64,000 nucleotides of DNA from Candidatus Eiseniibacteriota bacterium (GTDB lineage Bacteria > Orphanbacterota > Orphanbacteria > Orphanbacterales > Orphanbacteraceae), in contig JAFGGD010000034.1 of the NCBI GenBank assembly GCA_016930695.1, positions 135,375 to 199,374 on the forward strand, given 5' to 3'. Under the pieces are notes generated by a model that saw only the letters and a list, made by a program, of their open reading frames with translations, did no database searches and had not been told where the DNA came from. The position numbers and the translations under genes are program-made. Positions 29,281-38,470 of this stretch are shown piece by piece. Numbering within the stretch: the first letter of the stretch is position 1; each line of letters opens with the position of its first letter.

Positions 29281-30864
29281 ATGAACGGCGTGCTTTCCAT
29301 CCTGGTGTTCCTCCCGCTCGCCGGCGCGGCGGCGGTCGCCCTCGTGCCCGGCCGGCGCCAAGGGACGATCCGCGCCGTCGCCTTCGCCGTCACCCTTCTC
29401 CTCTTTCTCTCCTCGCTCCCCCTCGCCTTCCGCTTCCAGGGGACCGGCGGGTTCGAGTTCGAGGAGTGCGTCCCCTGGATCCCGGGGATCGGGGTCGACT
29501 ATCACGTCGGCGTGGACGGGATCAGCGTCTTTTTGGTTCTCCTCACCACCTTCCTGGCGCCTCTCGTCTATCTCTCCACCTGGAGCGGCATCCGGGAGAA
29601 GGTGAAGGAGTTCTCCATCCTTTACCTGTTGCTTCACACCGGCATGATCGGCGCCTTCGTCGCGGTGGATCTCTTCCTCTTTTACGTTTTCTGGGAGCTG
29701 ATGCTGATCCCCATGGTCTTCCTGATCGGCGTGTGGGGGGGCGAGCGCCGGATCTACGCGGCGGTCAAGTTTCTCCTCTACACGGTGGTCGGTTCGCTTT
29801 TGATGCTCGTGGCGATTCTGGTGCTCGCGCGGGAGGCGCACAGCTTTGATTATCTGCGCATCCTGAACACGCCCGTCCCACACGGCATGCAGGCGTTCCT
29901 ATTCGCCGCATTCGCCCTCGCCTTCGCGATCAAGGTCCCGATCTTCCCGCTTCACACCTGGCTGCCGGACGCGCACGTGGAGGCGCCCGCCGCGGGGAGC
30001 GCCCTCCTCGCCGGCGTCCTCCTGAAGATGGGGACCTACGGTTTTCTCCGCTTCGCGATCCCCCTCTTCCCGGAGACGGCGCGCGCCGCCGCGCCCCTCT
30101 TCACCGTGCTCGCGCTCGTGGGGATCGTCTACGGCGCGCTGGTCGCGATGGTGCAGGAGGACATCAAGAAGCTGGTCGCCTACTCGTCGGTGAGCCATCT
30201 CGGATTCGTCGTTCTCGGCCTCTTCGCGTTCAACGACGCCGGAGTCCGGGGGGCGATCTTCGTGATGCTCGCCCACGGCCTCTCCACGGGCGCCCTCTTC
30301 CTCCTGGTGGGACAGGTGTACGAGAGAAGGCACAGCCGGAGGATCGACGACTTCGGCGGGATCGCGAGGTCCATGCCGCTCTTCAGCACCCTCTTCCTGA
30401 TCGTCACCCTCGCCTCGATCGGGCTTCCGGGGCTTTCCGGGTTCGTCGGCGAGTTCCTGGTCCTCTTGGGGGCCTTCCAAGCCGGGCCCGCCCGCGCGGC
30501 GGTGGGCGCCCTCGGCGTGGTGCTCGGCGCGGTCTACATGCTCTGGATGGTTCGCCGCGTCTTCTTCGGCCCCCTCGATCGGGAGGAGAACCGGGCGCTC
30601 CCCGATCTTTCCCTGCGCGATTTTCTGGTGATCCTTCCGTTGATCGCCGGGATGGTATTTCTCGGCGTGCGTCCCGCGCCCCTCCTCGACCGTATGGAGA
30701 CCTCGGTTCGGCGGCATTTGGAGATCATCGGCGTGGAGGAACGGGTCGAGACGACGGACAGACACGCCGCGGGCGAGAGGACCGTTTTCCGTTTCCTCGC
30801 TCCCCCCGACGGGGAGGAGCCGGAGCGGGAAGGGGAGGGTGAGGAGGTGTCGCCGTGCCGTTGA
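29281..30864 (+). CDS. nuoM: NADH-quinone oxidoreductase subunit M (with an acidic ~50 aa C-terminal tail)
   Basis: ND4 homologue with 'FYVFWELMLIPM', 'KVPIFPLHTWLPDAHVEAP' and 'LVAYSSVSHLG'. Confidence 0.9.
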   Translation: MNGVLSILVFLPLAGAAAVALVPGRRQGTIRAVAFAVTLLLFLSSLPLAFRFQGTGGFEFEECVPWIPGIGVDYHVGVDGISVFLVLLTTFLAPLVYLSTWSGIREKVKEFSILYLLLHTGMIGAFVAVDLFLFYVFWELMLIPMVFLIGVWGGERRIYAAVKFLLYTVVGSLLMLVAILVLAREAHSFDYLRILNTPVPHGMQAFLFAAFALAFAIKVPIFPLHTWLPDAHVEAPAAGSALLAGVLLKMGTYGFLRFAIPLFPETARAAAPLFTVLALVGIVYGALVAMVQEDIKKLVAYSSVSHLGFVVLGLFAFNDAGVRGAIFVMLAHGLSTGALFLLVGQVYERRHSRRIDDFGGIARSMPLFSTLFLIVTLASIGLPGLSGFVGEFLVLLGAFQAGPARAAVGALGVVLGAVYMLWMVRRVFFGPLDREENRALPDLSLRDFLVILPLIAGMVFLGVRPAPLLDRMETSVRRHLEIIGVEERVETTDRHAAGERTVFRFLAPPDGEEPEREGEGEEVSPCR

Positions 30865-32339
30865 CGATTCCCGATATCCCGCGTGAGGCGCTCCTCGCGT
30901 CGCTCCCCTTCGCGCTCCTCGCCCTGGGAGGGACCGTCGTCGCGCTCCTCGGGGCGTGGCGGAGCCGGTGGGGCGTGTGGGCGGCGTTTATCGCGCTTCT
31001 CGCCGCTGGCGCGTCGCTCTCGCCTCATCTCGGCGCGCCCTCTTCTCTCCATTTCTGGGACGGGGCGCTTCTGGCGGACCGTTTCGGGGCGTTCCTCACG
31101 CTGCTCCTCCTCGCCGCGGGGATCCACACCCTCTTCCTCTCCGAAACGGTGCTCCGGAGGGAGGGGAAGGTGCGCGCGGAGTATTACGCGCTTCTCCTCT
31201 ACGCACTCTCGGGGATGGTGCTTCTGGTATCGACCACCAACCTGCTCCTCCTCTTCTTGGCCTTGGAGCTGACGTCGATTCCGCTTTACGTGCTCTGCGG
31301 CTTCCACCGGGGGGACTCCAAAGGGGGGGAGGCGGCGCTCAAGTACTTCCTCCTCGGTTCCTTCTCCTCGGCGATTCTTCTCTTCGGCGCCGCGCTCCTC
31401 TACGGGGCGACGGGCGAACTGGACCTCGCGGCGATGCGCGGTGGGGGGGCGCTCGGCGCGGCGGGTCTCCTCCTCGTCCTCACCGGTCTTTTCTTCAAGG
31501 CGGCGGTCGTCCCCTTCCACATGTGGGCGCCGGACGCCTATGACGGCGCGCCGACGCCGATCACCAGCTTCATGGCCACGGCGGTGAAGGTCGCCTCCTT
31601 CGGCGTGCTGATCCGTGTTTTCTCTTCCGCGGGGGGCGTCGGTCCGGCGGCGGGGCTGATGGGGCGCCCCGCGTCGGAGGGGATGCTCTTCTGGCTCGCC
31701 GTCCTCACGATGACCGTGGGAAACCTGTGCGCGCTCACCCAGAACAACATCAAGAGGATGCTCGCCTACTCCTCCATCGCCCACGCCGGTTACGCGCTGA
31801 TCGGGCTCGTCCCCGGCTCGGGAGGGCCGGACGCCGCCGGTGTTCTCTATTATCTGACCGCCTACCTGCTCATGACCGGGGGCGCCTTCGCCGTCGTGAC
31901 CGTCCTCTCCCGGCGGGACCGCTGGGGGGAGACCGTCCAGATCGACCGCTTCGCCGGTGTCGGATACCGCGCCCCCTTCCTCGGCGCGGCGATGACCGTC
32001 TTCCTCGTATCCCTCGGCGGCATACCGCCCACGGCCGGTTTCTTCGGGAAGTACCTGATCTTCCGAGGCGCCCTCGACCGGGGGCTCACGGCTCTTGTGG
32101 TGATCGCCGTCCTGAACAGCGCCGCCTCGCTCTACTATTACCTGCGGGTGGTCGTCTTCTTCTATATGCGGAGCACCGACAGGCCCGCGGAGATCGACCC
32201 GAGCCGCGCGCTCCGGTTCATCGCGGTTGTGGGGCTTGTCCTGGTGCTTTGGTTCGGGTTCGGGCCGGATCTGGGAGGGGTTCCCGGCGTCCCCTCTCTC
32301 CTGGGATGGATCGAGTCGGCCGCCGCCTCTCTCCCCTGA
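30855..32339 (+). CDS. nuoN: NADH-quinone oxidoreductase subunit N
   Basis: ND2 homologue with 'LELTSIPLYVL', 'VVPFHMWAPDAYDGAPTP' and 'MLAYSSIAHAGY'. GTG start overlaps nuoM. Confidence 0.9.
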   Translation: MPLTIPDIPREALLASLPFALLALGGTVVALLGAWRSRWGVWAAFIALLAAGASLSPHLGAPSSLHFWDGALLADRFGAFLTLLLLAAGIHTLFLSETVLRREGKVRAEYYALLLYALSGMVLLVSTTNLLLLFLALELTSIPLYVLCGFHRGDSKGGEAALKYFLLGSFSSAILLFGAALLYGATGELDLAAMRGGGALGAAGLLLVLTGLFFKAAVVPFHMWAPDAYDGAPTPITSFMATAVKVASFGVLIRVFSSAGGVGPAAGLMGRPASEGMLFWLAVLTMTVGNLCALTQNNIKRMLAYSSIAHAGYALIGLVPGSGGPDAAGVLYYLTAYLLMTGGAFAVVTVLSRRDRWGETVQIDRFAGVGYRAPFLGAAMTVFLVSLGGIPPTAGFFGKYLIFRGALDRGLTALVVIAVLNSAASLYYYLRVVVFFYMRSTDRPAEIDPSRALRFIAVVGLVLVLWFGFGPDLGGVPGVPSLLGWIESAAASLP

Positions 32340-32357
32340 GTTTCGGCATTCTTCGAT

Positions 32358-32386
32358 TGACCGCCTCCGAAACCCGTGCTACTGTA
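32358..32386 (+). promoter_or_regulatory. candidate sigma70-like promoter (TTGACC-17-TACTGT) just downstream of nuoN
   Basis: Hexamers with 17-nt spacing at the start of a 450-bp ORF-less gap. It would drive a transcript containing several C(UUCG)G hairpins. Confidence 0.3.
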
Positions 32387-32632
32387 GTCAAAGAGAAGAC
32401 GCCTTCGGCGGCTTGTGACTCGGAATCCTCCCTGGGCGGGACCACCTCTTTGCATACGTGGAGAGGGCTTCGGGGCGGATTCGGGGGCCACTATCATGAT
32501 TCGCGGCGGCTTTCGTGGCTAACCTCCTCCTTCGCCGGGATCGCTCAGGGTGGTCAGCCGTCCGAAGGTATGGATTTCGACCGGCCCAAATTCGACCATC
32601 TCCTCTTGACCCGCGTCAACTTTAGGTTTCTC

Positions 32633-32661
32633 TTGCGTTTGTGCTTTTTATCTGATAGAAT
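32633..32661 (+). promoter_or_regulatory. candidate promoter (TTGCGT-17-TAGAAT) upstream of the first Cys-rich secreted protein gene
   Basis: AT-rich patch ~130 nt upstream of the 32797 ATG. The TAGAAT also lies in the loop of a GTGCT/AGCAC hairpin, so a terminator role is possible instead. Confidence 0.35.
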
Positions 32662-32796
32662 CAGCACGATTATTTTTAGTCGGACCCGTATATCCTCGGC
32701 TCCCCCAACTTGTTTGAAAACAAACGGGTTCCAGTGGTAGGAAAGTAAGCGGCATTCGCCTCACCGCCGGGTGCGGGAGGCGAGAGGAGGAAAGTG

Positions 32797-33768
32797 ATGC
32801 GGAAATTGTTCCTGTGCTTCCTGGCGTTGTCGGTGGCGGGATTCGCCTTCGCGAGCGACCTGGAGAAGAAGGATCTGGATATCTCGGCGGGGAGCCCTCT
32901 CTCCCGCGGGCTGCTGGATTGCGCGAACGCGATCGGCATCTGCTGCGGCCAGACGCTGCAGGGGGACAACACCGGGATGCCGAACAATGTGATCAATTAC
33001 GGCACCAGCACGCTGAGCGAGAACGGCGGCGAAGTGGTCTACTGCTTCGGCCTTCCGACCGTGAGCCAGCAGGTGACCATCACTCTCGTGCCGAGCGGCT
33101 GCGACCTGGACCTCTGGGTCCTCGGCTCCTGCGATGAGGCGGACGAGCTCGCCCATTCCGCCGGAACGGGCACGGAAGTGGTCACATTCAGCTGCCTCGA
33201 TCCCGGCTTCTACTACATCGTGGTGGACGGCTATGGCTCCACCTATCCGGGCGCGGAGTGCCCCTTCGAGATCTCCATCGACTGTGAGGACTGCCCGGTG
33301 GTTCCGGAGAACGACACGTGCGAAGGCGCCTTCGACCTCTGCGCCCTCGCCGACGGCGGCGTGTTCAACGAGAGCTACAACACCATCCTGGCGAACAACG
33401 ACTACACCCTCGCCTACGGCGGTTGCACCGGCTATGCCACCGACGGTCCGGACGTGGTGTATGAGATCTGCCTCGAGCCGGGCGGTTCCATCGACGTGAC
33501 CCAGACGGGCACCAACGACATGGCGCTCTACCTGATCACAGACTGCGCCGACCCGCTCGGCAGCTGCGTGATCGGCTCGGACAACTGCTGCACCGGCGTG
33601 GACGAGTACTTCGTCTACACCAGCGTCGCGGGCGGCACCTACTACCTGATCGTGGACGCCTACAGCTCGACCGGCGGCACGGGGACCATCTACGGCACCC
33701 TGACCGGCTGCTGCACCAGCGCCACCGAATCGGGGAGCTGGGGCAGCGTGAAGCAACTCTTCCGTTAG
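32797..33768 (+). CDS. secreted cysteine-rich protein with two PPC-like (pre-peptidase C-terminal-type) beta-sandwich domains; paralog 1
   Basis: Signal peptide 'MRKLFLCFLALSVAGFAFA'. Two repeats each carry 'CDLDLWVL...' / 'DMALYLITDC' and 'YYIVVDGYG' / 'YYLIVDAYS', the PPC-like D-x-D-L-x-L and G-x-YY-hVDGY signatures. ~24 Cys. GAGGAGGA RBS 6 nt before the ATG. Confidence 0.7.
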   Translation: MRKLFLCFLALSVAGFAFASDLEKKDLDISAGSPLSRGLLDCANAIGICCGQTLQGDNTGMPNNVINYGTSTLSENGGEVVYCFGLPTVSQQVTITLVPSGCDLDLWVLGSCDEADELAHSAGTGTEVVTFSCLDPGFYYIVVDGYGSTYPGAECPFEISIDCEDCPVVPENDTCEGAFDLCALADGGVFNESYNTILANNDYTLAYGGCTGYATDGPDVVYEICLEPGGSIDVTQTGTNDMALYLITDCADPLGSCVIGSDNCCTGVDEYFVYTSVAGGTYYLIVDAYSSTGGTGTIYGTLTGCCTSATESGSWGSVKQLFR

Positions 33769-33788
33769 TTTCCCTTCCGACCCCCCCC

Positions 33789-33824
33789 TGCGGGGCGCCT
33801 TTCGGGGCGCCCCGCTTTTTTTAT
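33789..33824 (+). terminator. strong Rho-independent terminator
   Basis: Perfect 10-bp GC stem GCGGGGCGCC / GGCGCCCCGC with a 6-nt loop, followed by TTTTTTTAT, 20 nt after the stop. Confidence 0.7.
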
Positions 33825-34021
33825 TTCCTCGCGCGCCCCCGTCTCATTATTCCCTTTCCGCGCCTTCGTCCTTCCCGTTCTTTCTCCAGCCACGGTTCCT
33901 TCCGGCCGATTCTCGGAAAGAAGGATCCCCCACCCCGGGCGGGCTTGCCGCCGCCCATCCGGGACGCGCCGCCCCAACGCATCGCGGGACCGCTCGGCAA
34001 GGGCGGGAAAGGAATGGATTC

Positions 34022-34984
34022 ATGCGACCGTGCCGGAAAAACATCGTTCTCCTCCCGGTTCTCCTCAGTCTCATTCTGGGCGCCGCCTCGGCGGGAGAGA
34101 TGGAAAAGAAGGTGGAGGGGATGGGATTCGCCTTCCTGACGAGGGAGCGTCTCGACTGCTCGTCGGCGATCCCCATCGCGACGGACACGGTGCTCATGCA
34201 GGAGAACCGGACCGCGCCGAACAACGTGACCAATTACTCCTGTTCGCCCGGCCTCGACCAATCAGGCGGAGAGAGAGTGTACCGTGTCGATCTCGTCGCG
34301 GAGACCCGCGTGACGGTGACGCTCGACCCGGCGGATTGCGATCTCGATCTCTGGCTCGTTCGTTACTGCGATGAAGCGTACTGCTCGGAGTATTCCGCCG
34401 GCGTGGATCAGGAGAGGCTCGATCTCTGCCTCGACGATGGGGAGTGGTATTTCGTGGTGGACGGGTACGGGGGCGCTTCGGGCGATTACACCGTTTCCTT
34501 CACCTTCGGCGACTGCGGCGCGCCGCAGGAGGGGGAAACCTGCGCGTTCCCCCTGGATCTCTGCGCCTACGCGGGGGGGGACTTCGAGATCCCCTACTCG
34601 ACCCTTCTCGCCGAAGACGACTACTCCACCGACTTCGGCGGCTGCACCGGCTACACCGCCCACGGCGGAGACATCGTGTACTCCGTCACCCTCGATCCGG
34701 GCGGCCTCATCGACGTCACCCAGACCGGCGACTACGACATGGTGCTCTACCTGGTCACCGACTGCGAGGACGTGGTCGGGAGCTGTGTCGCCGGATCGGA
34801 CAATTGCTGCTCCGGCATCATCGAGACGGTGACCTACACGAGCGAATTCGGTGGGACCTACTACCTGATCGTGGACGGCTACACCGGCGAGGGGAGCGGA
34901 TCCTTGGTCGGCACCGTCACCGGTTGCGCCGGCGTCGCCTCGGAGAACGAGAGCTGGGGCGGTGTGAAGAACCGTTTCCGGTAG
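34022..34984 (+). CDS. secreted cysteine-rich protein with two PPC-like domains; paralog 2
   Basis: Signal peptide 'LLPVLLSLILGAASAG'. Same two-domain layout ('CDLDLWLVRYCDE', 'WYFVVDGYGG', 'DMVLYLVTDCED', 'YYLIVDGYTG') and the same C-terminal 'ESWGGVKNRFR' as paralog 1 ('GSWGSVKQLFR'). Confidence 0.7.
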   Translation: MRPCRKNIVLLPVLLSLILGAASAGEMEKKVEGMGFAFLTRERLDCSSAIPIATDTVLMQENRTAPNNVTNYSCSPGLDQSGGERVYRVDLVAETRVTVTLDPADCDLDLWLVRYCDEAYCSEYSAGVDQERLDLCLDDGEWYFVVDGYGGASGDYTVSFTFGDCGAPQEGETCAFPLDLCAYAGGDFEIPYSTLLAEDDYSTDFGGCTGYTAHGGDIVYSVTLDPGGLIDVTQTGDYDMVLYLVTDCEDVVGSCVAGSDNCCSGIIETVTYTSEFGGTYYLIVDGYTGEGSGSLVGTVTGCAGVASENESWGGVKNRFR

Positions 34985-35044
34985 CGAGCGATGAAAAAAG
35001 ATTGATCCTATAGAGCGCGGTGGTCTCTCCGGTGATTGCCCCCT

Positions 35045-36736
35045 CTATCGACGGGCAATCCACTCCGCGAAGGCTTCCACTCCCAGCGTGTTGGGGACCT
35101 CCTCCGGGCGGAGCCCTCCCTTGCGGGCGATACGGATGGCGATCTCCGGTACGGCGAGTCCTTCCGGGTCGTGGGCGTCCACGGCGATCGGCACCGGAAC
35201 GCCGAGGGCGCGCAATCCGGGGATCACCCGCCAGTCCACGTCGAGCCGGGAGGGGTGGCCGTTCAATTCCACACCTTTCCGCGCCTCCCCCGCCGCCCGC
35301 CACACCCGTTCCGCGTCGAAGTCGTACGCCTCCCTTTCCAGGAGGAGTCTTCCCGAGGAGTGGCCGAGCCAGGTCGTTTGTGGGTGAAGGATCGCACGGA
35401 GGATCCTCTCGGTTTGTTCCTCCCGGTCCAGGCCGAAACGGGAGTGCACCGAGGCGACGACGAAGTCGAGACGCGCCAGGGCGCCGTCGTCGTAATCGAG
35501 TCGACCGTCGGCGAGGATGTCCGACTCGATGCCGCGGAAGACGCGGAAGGGGGCGAGCAGCGTGTTGACGCGGTCCACCTCCTCCGCCTGTTCCAGGAGA
35601 CGTTCCGCCGAGAGTCCTCCCGCGTAGCCGGCGCTCCGGCTGTGGTCGGAGAGGGCGAGATAGGCGTAGCCCATCTCCGCCGCTCTTTCCGCCATGGCGC
35701 GGATCGACGCGGTCCCGTCGCTCCAATCGGAATGCACGTGGAGCGCCCCCTTCAAGTCCTCCCGCACGACAAGCCGTGGGAATCGCCCGGCGGCGGCGTC
35801 TTCCACGACATCCGCCCTCTCGCGGATCTCGGGCGGGAGAAAGGGGAGACCGAGGAGCGAGAAGAATGTCTCCTCGTCCGGCGTTTCCACCGGCGTTCCA
35901 TTTCGGGACAGCCCTTTCGGGTCGAAGAGGAAGCCCCTCTCCCGCGCCGCGGCGACGAGGGCCGTCCGGTGCGCGTCGGCGCCCGTCTCCCAGACGAGAA
36001 CGGCGCCGAACCGTTCCGGCGCGACCGCCCGCGCCTCGCCCGGCAGGCCGGCGGCGCTCCGGAAGAGAACGCGGTCTCCCTCCAAGGCCGTGTCCGCCTC
36101 GATCGCGAGGGCGTGGAGCGCGGCCTCCGGCGACATGGCCGCGACGACTCGGATCACGCCGGCGATCTCCCGGTAGAGGCCGACCTCGCCCGCCGGCGCC
36201 GTGCGGGACGCGCCGCGCCCCCTGAGGATCTCGCCGATCCGCGCCGCCTCCTTCGCCGCGTCGTGATAAAGACGGAAGTCGCGGAAGCGCCTCCAGTCCG
36301 CCAGCGCGCGCGTGAGATCCTCGATTCTCTTCGGACCAAAACCTTTCACCTGCGCGATGCGCCCGTCGGCGACCGCCTTCTCCAACTCTTCCGGAGAGGA
36401 GACGCCGATTTCCTCGCGAAGCGCGCGCGCCCTCCCCGCGCCGAGGCCGGGGATGCCGGTCAGTTCCACCATTCCGGGGGGCACTTCGCGGCGCAGATCC
36501 GCGAGCATCGGGATCGATCCGGTGGCGAAAAAATAGGCGATCTTGTCGGCCAAGCCCTTTCCCACGCCGGGAAGATCCGTGAGCCGCCCTTCCCGCGCCA
36601 GATCGGCCAGATCCTCCGCGCGGTCGATCCCGTCCGCCGCGCGGCGATAGGCCCGCGCTTGGAACGAGGATTCCCCCTTCAGTTCCAGGAGGAGGGCGAT
36701 TTCACGAAAAGCGGCTGAGACGCTCTCGTTCCGCAT
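35045..36736 (-). CDS. polX: DNA polymerase/3'-5' exonuclease PolX (family X polymerase with C-terminal PHP domain)
   Basis: N-terminal 'AAFREIALLLELKGESSFQARAYRRAA', an HhH pair, and a C-terminal PHP 'HVHSDWSDG...LALSDHS'. Start set at 'MRNES' (GGAGGA RBS 6 nt upstream) rather than the 50-codon upstream extension. Confidence 0.85.
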   Translation of the reverse strand: MRNESVSAAFREIALLLELKGESSFQARAYRRAADGIDRAEDLADLAREGRLTDLPGVGKGLADKIAYFFATGSIPMLADLRREVPPGMVELTGIPGLGAGRARALREEIGVSSPEELEKAVADGRIAQVKGFGPKRIEDLTRALADWRRFRDFRLYHDAAKEAARIGEILRGRGASRTAPAGEVGLYREIAGVIRVVAAMSPEAALHALAIEADTALEGDRVLFRSAAGLPGEARAVAPERFGAVLVWETGADAHRTALVAAARERGFLFDPKGLSRNGTPVETPDEETFFSLLGLPFLPPEIRERADVVEDAAAGRFPRLVVREDLKGALHVHSDWSDGTASIRAMAERAAEMGYAYLALSDHSRSAGYAGGLSAERLLEQAEEVDRVNTLLAPFRVFRGIESDILADGRLDYDDGALARLDFVVASVHSRFGLDREEQTERILRAILHPQTTWLGHSSGRLLLEREAYDFDAERVWRAAGEARKGVELNGHPSRLDVDWRVIPGLRALGVPVPIAVDAHDPEGLAVPEIAIRIARKGGLRPEEVPNTLGVEAFAEWIARR

Positions 36737-36839
36737 CGATTCCTCCGAAAAGCGGTGTAAGATACGGTCCGTCTCTCGGTAAGGGTACGGGCCCAGTATA
36801 CACGCCCCCCGCGGAGGGGGGAACCACGGGGAGATCGCG

Positions 36840-37535
36840 ATGGGGGAGAGGCAGGAGAGGATCCGAGTCGAGATCCACGTGCACACCGCCTTCTCTTTCG
36901 ATTCGAAAGCCGCGCCGGAAGAGGTGGAGGAGGCGGCGCTCCGCGCGGGCGTCGATCGGATCGCCGTGACCGATCACGACACGATCGAGGGCGCCCTCCG
37001 TCTCCGCGGCCGCGGCCGGATCGAAACCATCATCGGCGAAGAGGTCACCACCTCGCTCGGCGACGTGATCGGCCTGTTCCTGGAGAGCCCCCTTCCGCCC
37101 GGCGTCGAACCGGAGAGAACGATGGACGCGATCCACGAACAGGGGGGTCTGGTCGTCATCCCCCACCCCTTCGACGCGCGGCGAGGGACCACCCTTTTCC
37201 CCGAAGCGTTGGAGCGATGCGTCGACCGGATCGACGCGATCGAGGGGTGGAACGGACGGATCCGGCGTCCCGCCGACAACGAGCGCGCCCTCCTCTTCGC
37301 CCGGGATCACGGCCTTCCCGTCCTGGTCGGCTCCGACGCCCATCGGACGGACGAGATCGGCCGCTGGATGATGCGCATCGAGTCCTTCGACTCACCGGGC
37401 CGATTCCTCGCCGCCCTTCCGAGGGCGGAGCCGCTCTTCCCGGAGTCCTCACGCAAGCCGGAGCGCCGGCGCTGGTTGGACCGCGTTCTCCGTAATGGCG
37501 CGCCCACCGCGCGTCCCGAACCGGATCGAGGCTAA
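36840..37535 (+). CDS. PHP-domain metal-dependent phosphoesterase
   Basis: 'VEIHVHTAFSFDS', 'VTDHDT', 'VIPHPFD', 'GSDAH' give the PHP His/Asp metal ligand pattern. Divergent from polX. Confidence 0.75.
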   Translation: MGERQERIRVEIHVHTAFSFDSKAAPEEVEEAALRAGVDRIAVTDHDTIEGALRLRGRGRIETIIGEEVTTSLGDVIGLFLESPLPPGVEPERTMDAIHEQGGLVVIPHPFDARRGTTLFPEALERCVDRIDAIEGWNGRIRRPADNERALLFARDHGLPVLVGSDAHRTDEIGRWMMRIESFDSPGRFLAALPRAEPLFPESSRKPERRRWLDRVLRNGAPTARPEPDRG

Positions 37536-37654
37536 CGCCTTTATTCTTGACGCCTTCCGTGGCATCTGCTACATTCCGCCGTTGGTCCGGGGCCGCCCGT
37601 TGCCCCCCGGTCCCTGTTTCCGGTTACCGCCCCTACGAACTGGAGGACGTTCCG

Positions 37655-38434
37655 GTGAAGCGTGTGTCTCGTCTTACGGCGATTCCGCTCCTTCTCATTC
37701 TCGCCGCCCCGGCCCTCCTCTCCGCGCAGGAGGAGGATCCCGTCGATCTGATCCGTATCCCCACCGCCGGGATGCTCCCCCGCGCCGCCTACGACACGGG
37801 GCTCCGCATGTACGCCGACGGCGGCGTCCTCGGTCGGATACGGGTGGGGCTCCGCGAGTCGGTCCTCTTCGGGTTCACCTTCGGCGGGTCCCAGGTCCTC
37901 GGCGCCGGCGAACCGGACTGGAATCCCCGGGTGGAGTTCCTGATCCGAGGGCGCCTCTTCGGCGAATCCTACCTGGGACCGGCCCTGGCGATCGGCTACG
38001 ATTCCCAGGGCTACGGGCCCTACGACGACGAGTTGGATCGCTATCAGAACAAATCGCGCGGTTTCTACGCGGTGGCGAGCAAACACTTCCTCTTCCTCGG
38101 CGAGCTGGGGTTGCACGGCGGCGTGAACTACAGCCTGGAGAGGGACGACGACGACGACGAGCTGAACCCCTTCTTCGGCGTGGAGAAATCGATCCACCGC
38201 GCGTTGGATCTGTTGGTCGAATACGATCTGGCGACCAACGACAACGAGGAGAACGAGGGCTTCGGCGAGGGGAAGGGATTTCTGAGCGCCGCCCTTCTCT
38301 GGCGGATGACCGAGACGCTCCACTTCCAGGTGGATTTTCACAACCTCCTCGAGAACGGGGAACGGGGAGGATTGGAGCGGGACCCGGGCGAGTGGAGCCG
38401 GGAGATACAGATCGTGTATCGGGACTATTTCTAG
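37655..38434 (+). CDS. hypothetical secreted/outer-membrane protein with an acidic insert
   Basis: GTG start after GGAGGA; signal peptide 'RLTAIPLLLILAAPALLSAQEE'; ends '...IVYRDYF' (OMP-like C-terminal aromatic). Confidence 0.55.
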   Translation: MKRVSRLTAIPLLLILAAPALLSAQEEDPVDLIRIPTAGMLPRAAYDTGLRMYADGGVLGRIRVGLRESVLFGFTFGGSQVLGAGEPDWNPRVEFLIRGRLFGESYLGPALAIGYDSQGYGPYDDELDRYQNKSRGFYAVASKHFLFLGELGLHGGVNYSLERDDDDDELNPFFGVEKSIHRALDLLVEYDLATNDNEENEGFGEGKGFLSAALLWRMTETLHFQVDFHNLLENGERGGLERDPGEWSREIQIVYRDYF

Positions 38435-38470
38435 CCCGGTCGCCCCATCCCGCGAAGGAGTCGCATCGAC

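Noticed and set aside
19511-29883. Large antisense ORFs across the nuo operon (for example 19511..21145, 22898..24877, 27388..29883 on the minus strand)
   Set aside because: Same shadow-ORF artefact: no domain-like sequence, and they overlap conserved Nuo subunits.
32340-32796. tRNA, tmRNA, RNase P or SRP RNA in the post-nuoN gap
   Set aside because: GGATTTCGACC and GUCAGCCGUCCGAAGG resemble tmRNA and SRP fragments. The hallmark motifs are absent, though: no tmRNA 3' CCA arm, no RNase P CR-I/CR-IV motifs, and no SRP GGAA tetraloop context. It is reported only as a generic structured-RNA candidate.
36737-36886. 50-codon N-terminal extension of the PolX ORF (track start 36886)
   Set aside because: The conserved PolX N-terminus starts at 'MRNES' with a GGAGGA RBS. 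The extension would overlap the divergent PHP gene's promoter region.
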